Of a stretch of 35,762 nt of DNA, positions 9,463-22,061 are shown piece by piece. The translations under genes were made by a program, and so were the position numbers. Position 1 is the stretch's first letter. Every line of letters begins with the position of its first letter. Below the pieces are notes generated by a model. It was not told the DNA's origin and searched no databases. It saw nothing but the letters and a program-made list of their open reading frames with translations. Source of the stretch: Octopus bimaculoides. Taxonomy: Eukaryota. The DNA lies in the NCBI RefSeq assembly GCF_001194135.2, contig NC_068989.1, forward strand, positions 68,128,777 through 68,164,538, in the 5' to 3' direction.

Positions 9463-11574
9463 ATCTGAAGAATGCTCAACCACTTAGAAACCAATTCTGG
9501 AGCAGGTCATTCAGTTGTTGGAACAACTGATTCGTCAGCATCGATCGACGGAGATCCCCCTTCACCATCAATATCTACAATATATACTATATGTTACATA
9601 ATTAATTCATTACATATTACAGCATATTGTCTTCAGAATTCTTATTTATACTTTCAATATATAGTGCGTAGCACCATAAATTCATACCAGAAACATTTGC
9701 ACACAATTTACAAGCTCATGGTTTTAATATTTAAGCTAATATAGATTTAATGTCCTCTCACAATATATTTTCAAACGAACTCAACATTAAAAAGATATCG
9801 AAGTATAAATTATAGTAGCTTTGTTTTAACTTTTGATAATTTATGATAATCTGGTATTTTTAAACAATCTTTTGTATTTCATTTACTTTTAAGTGATCCT
9901 TTGAAAATTTATTATTTTCATATGTTCGCCATCAACGAATATTTTAAATTGTTTAACATTCAAAGAAAAACAATTTTAAAATATTGTTTACAAAGACAAT
10001 GTTGGGTTTGTTTTTATATTTTGTATTCATGTTATTTTGAACATATATCGACAGCTGAATCTCACCATAAGCTAGAGTTTACCGATTTAAATACCATATG
10101 AAAAAAGTGATCTTTTAGTGATTTCTACTTAATCAAACAGCTGTGAATTTAATAAAATAATGCTTATTTTATCTTTCATTCAAACAGTTTGTCGACTCAA
10201 ACTTTATTCCCATACAAAAGATTCCATGAGCCAATAAACAACACAATATATGACTATACATACACACACATAAACACACGCACGCATATGTATATATTCA
10301 TTACTATAATATGTGTGTGAGTGCGATTACTTACACCTAAAACAATACCATATACAACTTTTTATGGAATATATATGTTTGTGTGTATTTATATACATAC
10401 ATACGCCTGGATGTGTACGTGTATGTGTGCGGGAAAGGTAGAAAATAAGAGAATGCTTATAATTAGATGTAGACGGAATTTTTCCGTCATGATATTTTTC
10501 GTTACATTTTGGGGAGATTTTTCAACAACAAATTCATCAATTTGTTTAAGTGAACTTACTATAAATATCTACTTCCTAAATAAATAAATTTTCAGGTGAC
10601 TTTTTTTATTCTTTTAACTAACTAGTACCGTAGTCTGGATTACATGCTAAAAAGATTGCATTTCTCTAGAGCTTTGGTTTTCAAATATAGCACAGATATA
10701 GATTTAATTTATTTATTTCGTAATCAAGTAACAACAACAAAAGTCTAATGTGTGGTGTCTGCTGAGGAACAAGGTCCATGACAACATCATGCAATTTTTA
10801 CAATTCTCGAACTAAAATACAAATCTGAATGTATCAACTACCCAAGTCAGATACCCAAGAATTTCTACCTACCGAAGGATCACTGTTTTGTATCTAGTGG
10901 CTGTTATTTTACTAAATTTGGATTAAAGTAAGTCCATCTAACTAATTAAACGTCATGAATATAAATAAAGATAAGCTATTTTTACATTGTTGGTTCTCAG
11001 GCAATGTCTCCTAAGGACTAAGTACTCAGAGGATATTTTATAAATATAATCTGAGGCTTTAAAAAAGCCTAAAATTTTATTTAAAACTTCCTAATGCTTG
11101 TGATTGAGACACATGGAAAATATGCTATTCCTAATTTCGTAATATTGAAATTAATTAGTATTGTTAATGAAACAACACACGCAATAGTAAATGTAAATAG
11201 AAAATATTTAAAAGCGATTTAACTTCATACGTAGACTTCACTTTTCATACGAAGTGAATCAGTAATATATTTTTTATTACTGATGTCCCAAACCAAATTC
11301 AGAATGGTTGAGATCCTCTAGCTACAGTTTTATACGATGGAATTGATGATTAAGTTGCCAAATTTCGAAGTCGAGACATAATTGATTTGATGAACATCAA
11401 TACAAATATTTAATAGCTTGAAAAGAGATTGAATCGAACCAGTTGACTTAAAGATTTCATTTCTTAAACCTTGTTGAAGTAAAAAAAAACAAAAAAAAAA
11501 CAAAGGTTTGAGAATGTGAAAGGAAGAAACTGAATCCTCAAAATCATTCAGACGGGATCCCTGAAGCTTCTGTG

Positions 11575-12335
11575 AACGCAACAGCTTTCTGCCAGTTCTT
11601 TGATCCCATACTGATACCAGTTCTTGCCCTTTAAGGGAGAGAAATTCACTGAAGCTTCCACCCACTGTTGGTTGATGAAGCATCCTGAGCGCAAGAAATA
11701 AGTTATAGATCAAAACAAGTAATAATCCGAGAGAGCTAGATCCAGACTATATACTGGGTATGGCATCAGCTCGATTACCACAAGTTCTTGAAGTTTATTC
11801 CGGGTCATTCGATCGGTATGAGGTCTTGCATCGTCTTACTTTAGAATAGTTCGCTCTCTGTTAACCATTGCCGGGTATTTTTACCGCACAATGACATGCA
11901 CCTGTGAGATACCAATCTCGCTTGATATACTCCTAGAGCTACTCGCTGGACTTGCCTTCGCTGCTTGGAACGCAGTCTCGGAATTCACGGTTTTTGGCCT
12001 ACCTGACTTTGCCCGATCACGGAGATTCTTGCAATCCAAGTAAAATTTATTGAATCACCTAGTTACTGTGCTGTGATCAACTGTACACCAAATATTCTTT
12101 GATCTGTTTGCTTTTGCGGCATTATGGCCCTGATCGAACACGTAAGCCATAACTTCCTGAATTAGACTTCATCGCACGTTCATCAGTACGGCTTTCTAAT
12201 CACATACAGAGTGAAGCAAGGAACAGCGTGGTACCGACTACCACAATACAACGAACCTCAGAGGATACTTCCACGGCTTGAACTGCTTCGGTCACGTGAT
12301 ATGCACGTCGCAGACTAGCACATATTCAAATAGTG
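11575..12335 (-). mobile_element. Internally deleted mariner transposon relic
   Basis: Minus translation: VMAYVFDQGHNAAKANR..DHSTVTR*F..DRAKSGRPKTV (HTH) joined directly to DDARPH..YSLDLALSDYYLF (catalytic C-terminal part). TIRs not identified. Confidence 0.85.
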
Positions 12336-12418
12336 CAAAACTTTCGACTTCCTCCATTTTTAAAATAATTTTACTAATTTGTAGAGTTTGGAAATTTCTT
12401 CATATGCAAAAGCATTTT

Positions 12419-12575
12419 AGGTGTAGCTGTAAGGTAAGAAGTTTTGCTTCCCAACCACATGTTTCCTGCTACAGTCCTATTGCGTGGCAAGTCCTTCTAT
12501 TATAGCATCCGGATGACAAAAGCCTTGCGAGTCGCGAGTGGTTTTGTAGACGGATACTGAAAGAAGGCTCTCATA
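12419..12575 (+). mobile_element. 5' half of tRNA-derived SINE family B
   Basis: tRNA-like head, then gcgtggcaagtccttctattatagc..gtagacggatactgaaagaagg before a microsatellite; homologous to 31376-31521. Confidence 0.8.
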
Positions 12576-13355
12576 TATGTGTGCGTGTTTGTGTGCATGT
12601 GTGTACCTATATATGTATANNNNNNNNNNNNNNNNNNNNNNNNNNNNNNNNNNNNNNNNNNNNNNNNNNNNNNNNNNNNNNNNNNNNNNNNNNNNNNNNN
12701 NNNNNNNNNNNNNNNNNNNNNNNNNNNNNNNNNNNNNNNNNNNNNNNNNNNNNNNNNNNNNNNNNNNNNNNNNNNNNNNNNNNNNNNNNNNNNNNNNNNN
12801 NNNNNNNNNNNNNNNNNNNNNNNNNNNNNNNNNNNNNNNNNNNNNNNNNNNNNNNNNNNNNNNNNNNNNNNNNNNNNNNNNNNNNNNNNNNNNNNNNNNN
12901 NNNNNNNNNNNNNNNNNNNNNNNNNNNNNNNNNNNNNNNNNNNNNNNNNNNNNNNNNNNNNNNNNNNNNNNNNNNNNNNNNNNNNNNNNNNNNNNNNNNN
13001 NNNNNNNNNNNNNNNNNNNNNNNNNNNNNNNNNNNNNNNNNNNNNNNNNNNNNNNNNNNNNNNNNNNNNNNNNNNNNNNNNNNNNNNNNNNNNNNNNNNN
13101 NNNNNNNNNNNNNNNNNNNNNNNNNNNNNNNNNNNNNNNNNNNNNNNNNNNNNNNNNNNNNNNNNNNNNNNNNNNNNNNNNNNNNNNNNNNNNNNNNNNN
13201 NNNNNNNNNNNNNNNNNNNNNNNNNNNNNNNNNNNNNNNNNNNNNNNNNNNNNNNNNNNNNNNNNNNNNNNNNNNNNNNNNNNNNNNNNNNNNNNNNNNN
13301 NNNNNNNNNNNNNNNNNNNNNNNNNNNNNNNNNNNNNNNNNNNNNNNNNNNNNNN

Positions 13356-13400
<45 letters not shown>

Positions 13401-14001
13401 TCGTTGTCTAGTTTCGCAATAAGACGATGCGATATTTTGTCAGTGATTTATACCACAAGCTTTTGTGATTCAATTATTAACCCTAATGACAGCACTTTAT
13501 TATAAAAAATGATCGTTGACGTTTATGAAAATGAAAACATTAATGTCAGCTATTAATCAGGGTTCCTTATTAAATACCAACAGAAATATTAAATATTTCA
13601 TGATTTCCTCAGAGGCTGTAATTATGTTACGGGTTTTAACTGTATTAATATAAGATATGTTTTGTTTTACTTAATTCCAACTAAATTATAAAAGCAAAAT
13701 TATATATCTTTATAATTCTTTAGGGCAAATAATATTCAATGGGAACTACTCTGTTCTTACGCCTTATCATATTTTATTTGTAGAAAAATATCCAAGAGCT
13801 GCAAGATATAAACTATCTTTTAGAAGTATTTTAAATGCGCTAGTGATCATATTAACCGCGTTTATAATATCAATAAAAATGACAGTGAAAGTAATAATGA
13901 TTATGAACACGACATTTATCATCGGGTTTGTTGTCATCATCATCATCATCACCGTCGTCGCCGTCATAAAGGTGATACTTAAAATAATGAAAATCCTTTC
14001 T

Positions 14002-14141
14002 ACTAAAGGCACAAGACATGATATGAAACTGGAAGGAGCAAGTCGACTATATAGACCCCAGTAATCAACTGGTACAATCCGAAATAATGAAAGGTATAGT
14101 CGACCTTGTCGAAATTTGAACTCACAAAGTAAAGCCGGACG
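14002..14141 (-). mobile_element. SINE family A, 5'-truncated
   Basis: gtcgac..gaccccagt..ctggtac..atgaaagg..agtcgacct..aatttgaactca, shared with other copies. Confidence 0.75.
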
Positions 14142-14189
14142 ATTGATTCTAATTAAATACACGCCCGGTAATTTTAACGTGAAGAGTAA

Positions 14190-14358
14190 ATTGATTATAT
14201 AAATCTCAGGATTTGATTTGTACATTATTTTATGGACCTCAAAAACGAGGAAAGGCAAATTTGAACTTGGTAAGATTTGAACTTAGAGAATACATCAGAG
14301 CTACATAGTAAAAAATATATTGTCCCCACACGCTGGCGATTCTTTCAATCCACTGCCC
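14190..14358 (-). mobile_element. SINE family A, diverged
   Basis: gaaaggcaaa..gatttgaactta..gcgattct..actgccc; second of three tandem copies. Confidence 0.65.
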
Positions 14359-14367
14359 TCAATAATT

Positions 14368-14574
14368 GCTATTTTAGCTTCAAGGGAAGCAGTTTTGAAA
14401 TGAGTAGGAACGTGGATTACAATGACCTCAGTACATGAATGATACTTCCTTATTTATCGACCTAGGAAGGGAATGGAAGACAAAGTCAACCTCAGCGGAA
14501 TTTGAACTCAGAACCTAATGAACTGAAACCATTGCTGCAAGGTATTTTTTTCCGACAGTCAGACGATCCAGCAG
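14368..14574 (-). mobile_element. SINE family A
   Basis: tttatcgacc..caaagtcaacctcagcggaatttgaactcagaac. Confidence 0.75.
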
Positions 14575-15818
14575 TACAATACAGGAAGGAAAAGAGATAT
14601 TAAAGAAGAAAAAAATAGGTTTAAGAAAATAAAACTGAACAGCAAAGAAAAAAAAAAGAGACGGAACAGGAATAGAAGAGAAAAAGAAAAGGCGAACCGA
14701 AGGCAAAAACAAATAAATACGCTGAAGGAAGGATGCCAAACATATATTATATATAATATAGAGATTCAAATTGTCAGAAGATAAAAATTTATGGGGAAGA
14801 GACAAATAAGTTAGGGGGCGATGTTGCGAAACGTAAAAGAAGTAAACACCAACAATAAAATCCAGTGAATGTGTTGTTTATAACTGGTTGTTAAAAAATA
14901 CCGTTAGGAGATGAACTGAAACAAACATTTGATACCAAACCGTTTTTCAAATTTCAAGTTATGTCTGGCCTCCTGCGTCCTACGTATTGATATGATTTCA
15001 CCTTCACTTGTTTTCAATCGATATCTTTTCCCTTCTTTCTCTCCTTCTCTCTCCCCGTTTTCCTCTTCTTCTTAATTTGTTCTTTTACCTTTGTGTTTTC
15101 GTCTTTTTTTTTCTTATTAATTTTTTAAACTCGAGCTTGAACTAGTGTTTGTGTGTATGATGTGTGTATGTGTGTGGTATATATATATNNNNNNNNNNNN
15201 NNNNNNNNNNNNNNNNNNNNNNNNNNNNNNNNNNNNNNNNNNNNNNNNNNNNNNNNNNNNNNNNNNNNNNNNNNNNNNNNNNNNNNNNNNNNNNNNTATA
15301 TATACACATGCATACACTCACTCACACACGCATACATACACACATTTACATATTCATATGAAAATATGTAAACATACATAAATATATATGTGTGTGTACG
15401 CGCGCGTTGTGTATTTCTTTTGTGTATAGATATATATACTATATATGCGTACGTTTGTGTGTATTTTTATATACCGCATTTTGCCGGATAATAATCATTT
15501 TATTGATAAAAAGTTATATCTTTTACGCCGAACGAATTCCAGAATCTGTTCTGTGGTAAGATAGGAAGCATATGCATTCTTGTTTTAGTTTCGTCTCTTT
15601 ACACACTAGTTCAAACCTCTCTATGATTCAAAGGCGTCTTTCATTAATCGTTGGAACATGTAACAATATATTTGATTTGAATATTTCGATGAAGGTCTTA
15701 CTAAAAACATTGTGTAACTGCTTTCAAGTGGTCACATTATATAGTTACTGAGAACTTCGCATATCGTATATATGTTTATATGTGCATATATTCATACATA
15801 CATATACATATATACTTA

Positions 15819-15896
<78 letters not shown>

Positions 15897-15910
15897 CATA
15901 TATTTATACA

Positions 15911-16205
15911 TGGTGGTTGTCTACTCCTTATGCAGAGTTTGACCACCTCCAGTACCTACACATTAGAACCATCATAGCATCTGATGTGGCTTTTTAAACA
16001 AGACAATGTTTTGAAAAGGCACCCACATAGATTGCACATCTGATTTGGACCACCAAAAGCTGCAGATAAGTTCTGATCTTTGTGGATCTTAAAATGTCTT
16101 ATGAGGCTTCCGTTAGATTTGCAAACCTTCTGGCATACATTGTATTGAAAGGTATGCATAGGAATATAGGCAGAATAGTTGGTGGTGGTTCGTTATCCAT
16201 GGGTT
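15911..16205 (-). mobile_element. 3' end of a LINE (probably RTE-like) encoding two decayed C2H2 zinc fingers
   Basis: ORF 15956-16159: (Y)[39 protein letters not shown], with no TGEKP linker. Stop is followed by a short 3' UTR with stem-loop ggtggt..actc/gagt..accacc and a (TA)n tract. Confidence 0.6.
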
Positions 16206-16223
16206 CGCATATATACGTATATA

Positions 16224-16454
16224 CAGGTTTGGCCAAAAATCACCTGACAGTAAATCAAAACCGTTTAATTCCAAAATATATTTGTTTGATAACTAAATCA
16301 ATTTAATAAAAGCATCTATATATGAAGCTTCATGAAAATTGTTCAGCCTGAAGACCTTCTTGAGCGACTCATTTATCCATTCCAGTCAATACAGAATTAC
16401 AGATAGTGTCTATGGTAGTTTCATTTACTGCCGGGTGACTTTTGGCCAACCCTG
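16224..16454. mobile_element. Tc1/mariner-type MITE, 231 bp
   Basis: About 36-bp imperfect TIRs CAGGTTTGGCCAAAAATCACCTGACAGTAAAT / CAGGGTTGGCCAAAAGTCACCCGGCAGTAAAT, with TA on both sides (16222-16223, 16455-16456). Confidence 0.9.
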
Positions 16455-17214
16455 TATACATATAAATGAAAAATGTATTAAATACTAAAAGAACGTTCAC
16501 ATAAATACAGANNNNNNNNNNNNNNNNNNNNNNNNNNNNNNNNNNNNNNNNNNNNNNNNNNNNNNNNNNNNNNNNNNNNNNNNNNNNNNNNNNNNNNNNN
16601 NNNNNNNNNNNNNNNNNNNNNNNNNNNNNNNNNNNNNNNNNNNNNNNNNNNNNNNNNNNTATATACATATACATATATATATATTTATATATATTTATTT
16701 ATATATATATATTTATATATATACATACACAATATATGTCTTAGGAGTGAGTGGACAAACGAAAGAAAGGGACATTGAACACAAATAAAGGGAGTTACAT
16801 ATGTTATTATTCAAAAGTGTGATTCGGCTTCAAGCAACGTAAAGATACGTAGGCTCGTTACAGGAACTTCGGGAACTTTAAGTTACATGAGGCCGAATGA
16901 AATTGCTTTAAGTAATAACACTTACACACACACGCACATACACATACACACGCGTACACACACACACATAGTGTGTGTGTGTGTGTGTATACGTGTGGGT
17001 ATATGTATGCGTGTGTGTGTGTGAGTACAATGTTTTCTTGTTGCTTGTACTTGGCAAAGCTATCTATAAAATTCATGCTGTGAGATCATGTCATATCTCT
17101 TCATTATGCCCAAAATAATGATAATGATATTGGCGGTGGTAATTATGATGATACTGACGACAATGATTAATACTAATAATCCTTTCCACAATAAGCACAA
17201 AACATAAATATCAT

Positions 17215-17405
17215 AAGAAGGGAAAACTCGTCGATTACATCGATTCAAGTGTTCAACTGGTATTATTTTATCGATAAGAAAAAAAAAAAGACAATCATAA
17301 TGGAAGTCAAATGTATTAGAAAAATTTGAACTCAGAGCATAAAGTATTTTGTCTGGCTATTTGTCCCTTTTCTGTGTTAACTTGTATTAAGGATTCGGCC
17401 AGCTT
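17215..17405 (-). mobile_element. SINE family A, diverged
   Basis: gtcgattacatcga..gtgttcaactggta..aatttgaactcaga..gattcggccagct. Confidence 0.7.
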
Positions 17406-17423
17406 ATCAACATAATAATACAT

Positions 17424-17662
17424 ATTTCTATTAGAGGTATAAGCCTGAAATTTTGGAGTTGGGAACCAGTCGGTTACATCGATTCCAGTGCTTATCTGCT
17501 ATATACTGTATCGACTCCTTGAAAGGATGAAAGGCAAAGTTGACGTCGGCGCCCTCTGAACTCAGAACAAAAAGATACATTTCTTTTATTAGCCACACAG
17601 GGCTCAACGAAGATGGGACAAATACAATGTAGAGCTTTTCTTTTTGGGAGGGGGAAGGAAGG

Positions 17663-17696
<34 letters not shown>

Positions 17697-17880
17697 GTGG
17701 TGTCGATCAAAAGGGATCGTAGGAAGGGAAAAAGGGGCAGTTCGATCAAAAGGGATCGAAAAAAAAAGAAAAGGAAAGGCCTATCAATAGGGATCGTGTA
17801 TCACACAGTAAAAAGATAGATAAAATGCCCCAAAGCAGTTTGTCCCCGACATGCTAACGATTCTGTTAGCTCGCAGCCTT
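17424..17880 (-). mobile_element. SINE family A interrupted by an insertion at 17578-17809
   Basis: Body at 17424-17577 and head at 17810-17880 are collinear with intact copies. Confidence 0.8.
17578..17809 (-). mobile_element. 5'-truncated retroposon 3' end with triple hairpin motif
   Basis: 9-bp TSD aaaaagata (17569-17577 / 17810-17818); CGATC-aaaagg-GATCG twice plus one decayed copy. Confidence 0.7.
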
Positions 17881-18208
17881 GGCGATTTATAAATGTCTGT
17901 AAGGAAAGAATTAGAAAGAAAAACAAAAATGTAAAAGAAGAAAAGGAGGATGAACTGAAGAAGAAAATGAAGATAAAGGAGAAGAGTAGAGGAGGAGAAG
18001 GAAGAGGAGACGCGGAAGGAGGAAAAGGAAGGTTAAAAAGGAAAGAACTATCAGAAAGGTAGGAGGAGAAGGAGAAAGAAAGGAGAATTCCGACTCGGTT
18101 ACTCCTGATAATGTTTCCAATAACGTAACAAAATTAATAGATGCGTGTCTGATGTGTGGGTGAGAGTATGACCATATATGCATAAATAAATACATATCTA
18201 TGTATGTA

Positions 18209-18250
<42 letters not shown>

Positions 18251-18260
18251 CGCGCGTATA

Positions 18261-18304
<44 letters not shown>

Positions 18305-18552
18305 CACACACACACACATATACGAGTATATGTGTATGCATGTGTGCGCGCACGCGCATACTAGCACACACATCTAACATTAAAACTTGAGCAACCAATT
18401 TGTTCTATGTGTACAAAGCAGAAATTTTTAACTGACATTTATTCTCAATTTCCAATTGAGAAATGCTAACATTATTTTTTAAAATGTGCATCATTCTTGG
18501 ATCAAGGCGTAAATACCTCTGCACGCGGCACAGAACAGAAACAACAGCAGAC

Positions 18553-18555
<3 letters not shown>

Positions 18556-18623
<68 letters not shown>
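18556..18623. repeat. (GTA)n microsatellite
   Basis: Direct reading. Confidence 0.97.
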
Positions 18624-18719
18624 TACTAATAAAAATAATAATGTTGGACATGATATTGTCTGAGTTACTATTACAAAAATTTCTGACACATAAAATTGTT
18701 AATGTCAATGAACACACAC

Positions 18720-18783
<64 letters not shown>

Positions 18784-18846
18784 TATATATATATGTATAT
18801 ATATGCATATACATATATATACATTATATGTATATATATATACATA

Positions 18847-18883
<37 letters not shown>

Positions 18884-19679
18884 ATGTATGTATCAGTGTG
18901 TGTATATAGCATATTACAAAGCAATCCACCTCTTGGCTACGTGGGTACAGAGTAGAAACTTTCAATTGACATTTAGTCTCACGGTGCAATTTAATTTTCC
19001 CTTAATTAAGGGAAATCAAATATCCATTTCATGTAGAAGAAAAAGAAGAAAATAATAATTTTCGCCCCAAACAATAAGAAGAGATAAAAAAAATATTAAT
19101 TTACCCTATGCTATGCTACAATATCATCCTGTGATTAGAATGTTAGAATCATTATTTCCTTAATCTGAAATAAAATAAGAAAGGAAATAATGCATTGACG
19201 AATATCAACGAATCATAAAATAAATTATTGATTTTAACGAGGTAAAAGTTTACTGAAAATTTTAACTTGTTCTGTTGATACATGTATGTTATCGCATTCA
19301 TAAATAATTTTCAATGAAGAAATGAATCTAGAAAGCCAAAAAATAAATAAACAAATGAATAAAAATTTAATAAAATTTACTCTAATCTGTCATTAAAGTT
19401 ATTGATTTTGACATTTCAAAATCCAGTTTGTATTTTTATTAAACATGTTTTTTTTTTCTGTTTTCAATGCAATAACCTTATGACAACATTATGTCTTGGG
19501 ACGTTTTACAGTTTTGTTGATGTTGTTACTGAAAAAATATATATTTAGGAGTATTTTGTTCTTCTTTCGTTTTATGACATCAAATATTGATAGTTTTGTA
19601 CGGTAGTGGAGATGATGATCGTAAAACTACACTATATAAATGCTTCTTGTACTTCATGTTCTCGTTCTTGTTGTTATTC

Positions 19680-20099
19680 TTCTTCTTTTCCTCCTCCTCC
19701 TCTTCTTCTTTCTCCTTCTCCTCCTCCTCCTCCTCCTCCTCTTCCTACTACTACTACTACTACTACTACTGCTACTACTACTACTACTGTTGCTGCTCCT
19801 CCTCGTCCTCGTCCTCGTCCTCGTCCTCCTCCTCGTCCTCCTCCTCGGCCTCCTCGTCCTCCTCCTCCTCCTCCTCCTCCTCTTCCTCCTCCTCCCCTCC
19901 TNNNNNNNNNNNNNNNNNNNNNNNNNNNNNNNNNNNNNNNNNNNNNNNNNNNNNNNNNNNNNNNNNNNNNNNNNNNNNNNNNNNNNNNNNNNNNNNNNNN
20001 NNNNNNNNNNNNNNNNNNNNNNNNNNNNNNNNNNNNNNNNNNNNNNNNNNNNNNNNNNNNNNNNNNNNNNNNNNNNNNNNNNNNNNNNNNNNNNNNNNN

Positions 20100-20170
<71 letters not shown>

Positions 20171-20185
20171 ATAATAATAACAACA
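19680..20185. repeat. Compound trinucleotide tract (TCC/TAC/TGC/TCG) spanning an assembly gap
   Basis: Direct reading. Confidence 0.95.
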
Positions 20186-20212
20186 ACAATATTATTAATA
20201 CTTTCTACTATA

Positions 20213-20410
20213 GACACAAGGTCTGATAATTCGGAAGATGCGTTAGTCGAATATATCAATTCCAGTGCTCAAGTGGTACTTATTTTATCCACCCGAAATG
20301 ATGAAAGGCAAAGTCGACCCACGCGGAATTTGAATTAAGAACAAAATGACGAACGAAATGCCGCTAAGTATTTTGTCCGACGTGCTAACGATTCTACCAT
20401 TTCTCCCACT
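20213..20410 (-). mobile_element. SINE family A, near full length
   Basis: gatgaaaggcaaagtcgaccc..ggaatttgaa..gaaatgccgctaagtattttgtccgacgtgctaacgattct. Confidence 0.85.
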
Positions 20411-20884
20411 ACCACATCGCTTACGCTAAACCGCTTCAGCGGTATTGAGGTCTCATGTTAAACCCCATAACCTGTCTGTTTTTTTCTCCTGGGTTCGTTA
20501 TATTCACCTCACCACCGGAGATAATTCCGATCGGCTATAAAATATTCTCATTTAATATCAGCAAAAAATATTCTTTCTACTTATCGAATACTATCATTTA
20601 AGAAGTAAAGATAATTCTTCCAAGCTATGACAAATTATTAATTTAATAACGTAGCAATGATAATGATAGTGGTAAATTTGAATCTGTTTGAGTAAACCTA
20701 TCTAGTTGCTAGACGAATGACTAACCCTTTCCAGCAAGTATAAAATAGTAACACAAACCGTAATATATAACACCCAAACCACCTCAAACATACCACATTG
20801 GCCATCCACGTCTTACAAAGGATCGTGTACACCAGCGAGGAACCAGGATGGGATGGGAAATTTGGTACCTGGGGCAAAGTTCCA

Positions 20885-21910
20885 TGTTCATTTATGACGC
20901 TTACCCAACGCTTCTCTATGTCATATATTCCATCTTAAAAAAAAAATTAATTGTTTGCTTGATAAACTGTCCGAATGCTTCGATTAGCTCTTCTTTATTT
21001 AAGAATATTTTATTGCCTATGAAAAACTCAAAATGTTTAAATAAGTGACGATTAGTAGGAAAGATAACAAGGGAATAGGGAGTATTTTGCAAAATCTCAG
21101 TTATTTTTTGTATCTTTTGGACCGTAGCTTGAGGAGTATGAGGACGTGCATTGTCGTGGAGAAAAAACTGGGCCATCTCTATTCACTGGTCTGGGTTGCT
21201 TCTTTTTCAAATTCTCATGCACACAATCAGTTTCCTAACAATACGATGTTGCTATTACCGTTTTTCCTTGTTGCAAAAATGAATAATGAATAACTTCCTT
21301 CGCATACCACTAACTTTTTGGCGTGCAATGTTGGGTTTGGGTAGTGTTTAGGTGATTGCCCTGCGTCTAATCATTGTTCTGTTCCCCTGCTGTTGTCAAA
21401 GAGTATCCATTTCTTATCACAAGTAATGATTTGATGCAAAAATGGTCTTTATCCAGTTGCGAAAGCAATAAGGAGTACAATGCGAGGCGTCTGTTTTTTT
21501 TTTAATCTCGTTCAGTTGATGGGAAACAAACCTATCTGTTTTCTTGGCCCTTCCAATTTTTTACACGGTCCAAAAATGGTTGTGCGAGATGTTTGGAGTT
21601 TCGATGAAAGTTTTCGAACTTTTGTTCTCGGATTTTGTTCAACCAAAGCATTTAATACATCATGCTGAATAACTGATTTTGGCCTACCCCTTGGTTTATT
21701 TTTAAGGCTATCATCTCCTAAATGAGAGCTTTGGAACCATCTCTGAACAGTTCTGCTGTCAACAAAACCATTACCAAAGGCCCGCTTGATATTCCGTAGA
21801 GTTTCTGCGTCAGAGTGACCCAGTTTGTACTCATACGAGAAAATCACTCAACGTAGTTTGGATGTTATCATTTTCATAAGGTTTGTGGGTATGAATTTTG
21901 TATACCAATA
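20885..21910 (-). mobile_element. Mariner transposon relic with near full-length decayed transposase
   Basis: YEYKLGHSDAETLRNI..TVQRWF..RGRP (HTH), IITCDKKWILFDN, LHDNARPH, YSLVIFPTNRHLF. Possible 5' TIR TATTGGTATACAAAATTC at about 21893-21910; 3' end truncated. Confidence 0.92.
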
Positions 21911-22061
21911 TTGTTGGGAAAGAGAAAGAGTCAAGAATAAATACAAGGTATGCATCATTGAGTTTTTAAATGACTGAAATAACAAGTAATTAAAAATGCC
22001 ACATTTCATGTGACATAATCTAGTAATAATAATAATAGTAATAATAATAATAATAATAAAT

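Noticed and set aside
10745-11060. Possible RLE retrotransposon C-terminal relic (RNKVHDNI..IVGSQ)
   Set aside because: Motifs too short and scattered to support
13724-13890. Plus-strand exon-like open frame, and a minus 38-nt exon at 13761-13798
   Set aside because: Competing calls on both strands, no recognisable homology; chance expected
13767-14258. 163-aa minus ORF
   Set aside because: Made of SINE sequence and an (ATC)n tract
14800-15150. GCGAAACGTAAAAG hammerhead-like tail and PLE-like T-rich end
   Set aside because: No CUGANGA core or stem II upstream
18405-18521. Minus frame RYLRLDPRMMHILKNNVSISQLEIENKC after a gcag acceptor
   Set aside because: No convincing donor, abuts a microsatellite, no homology recognised
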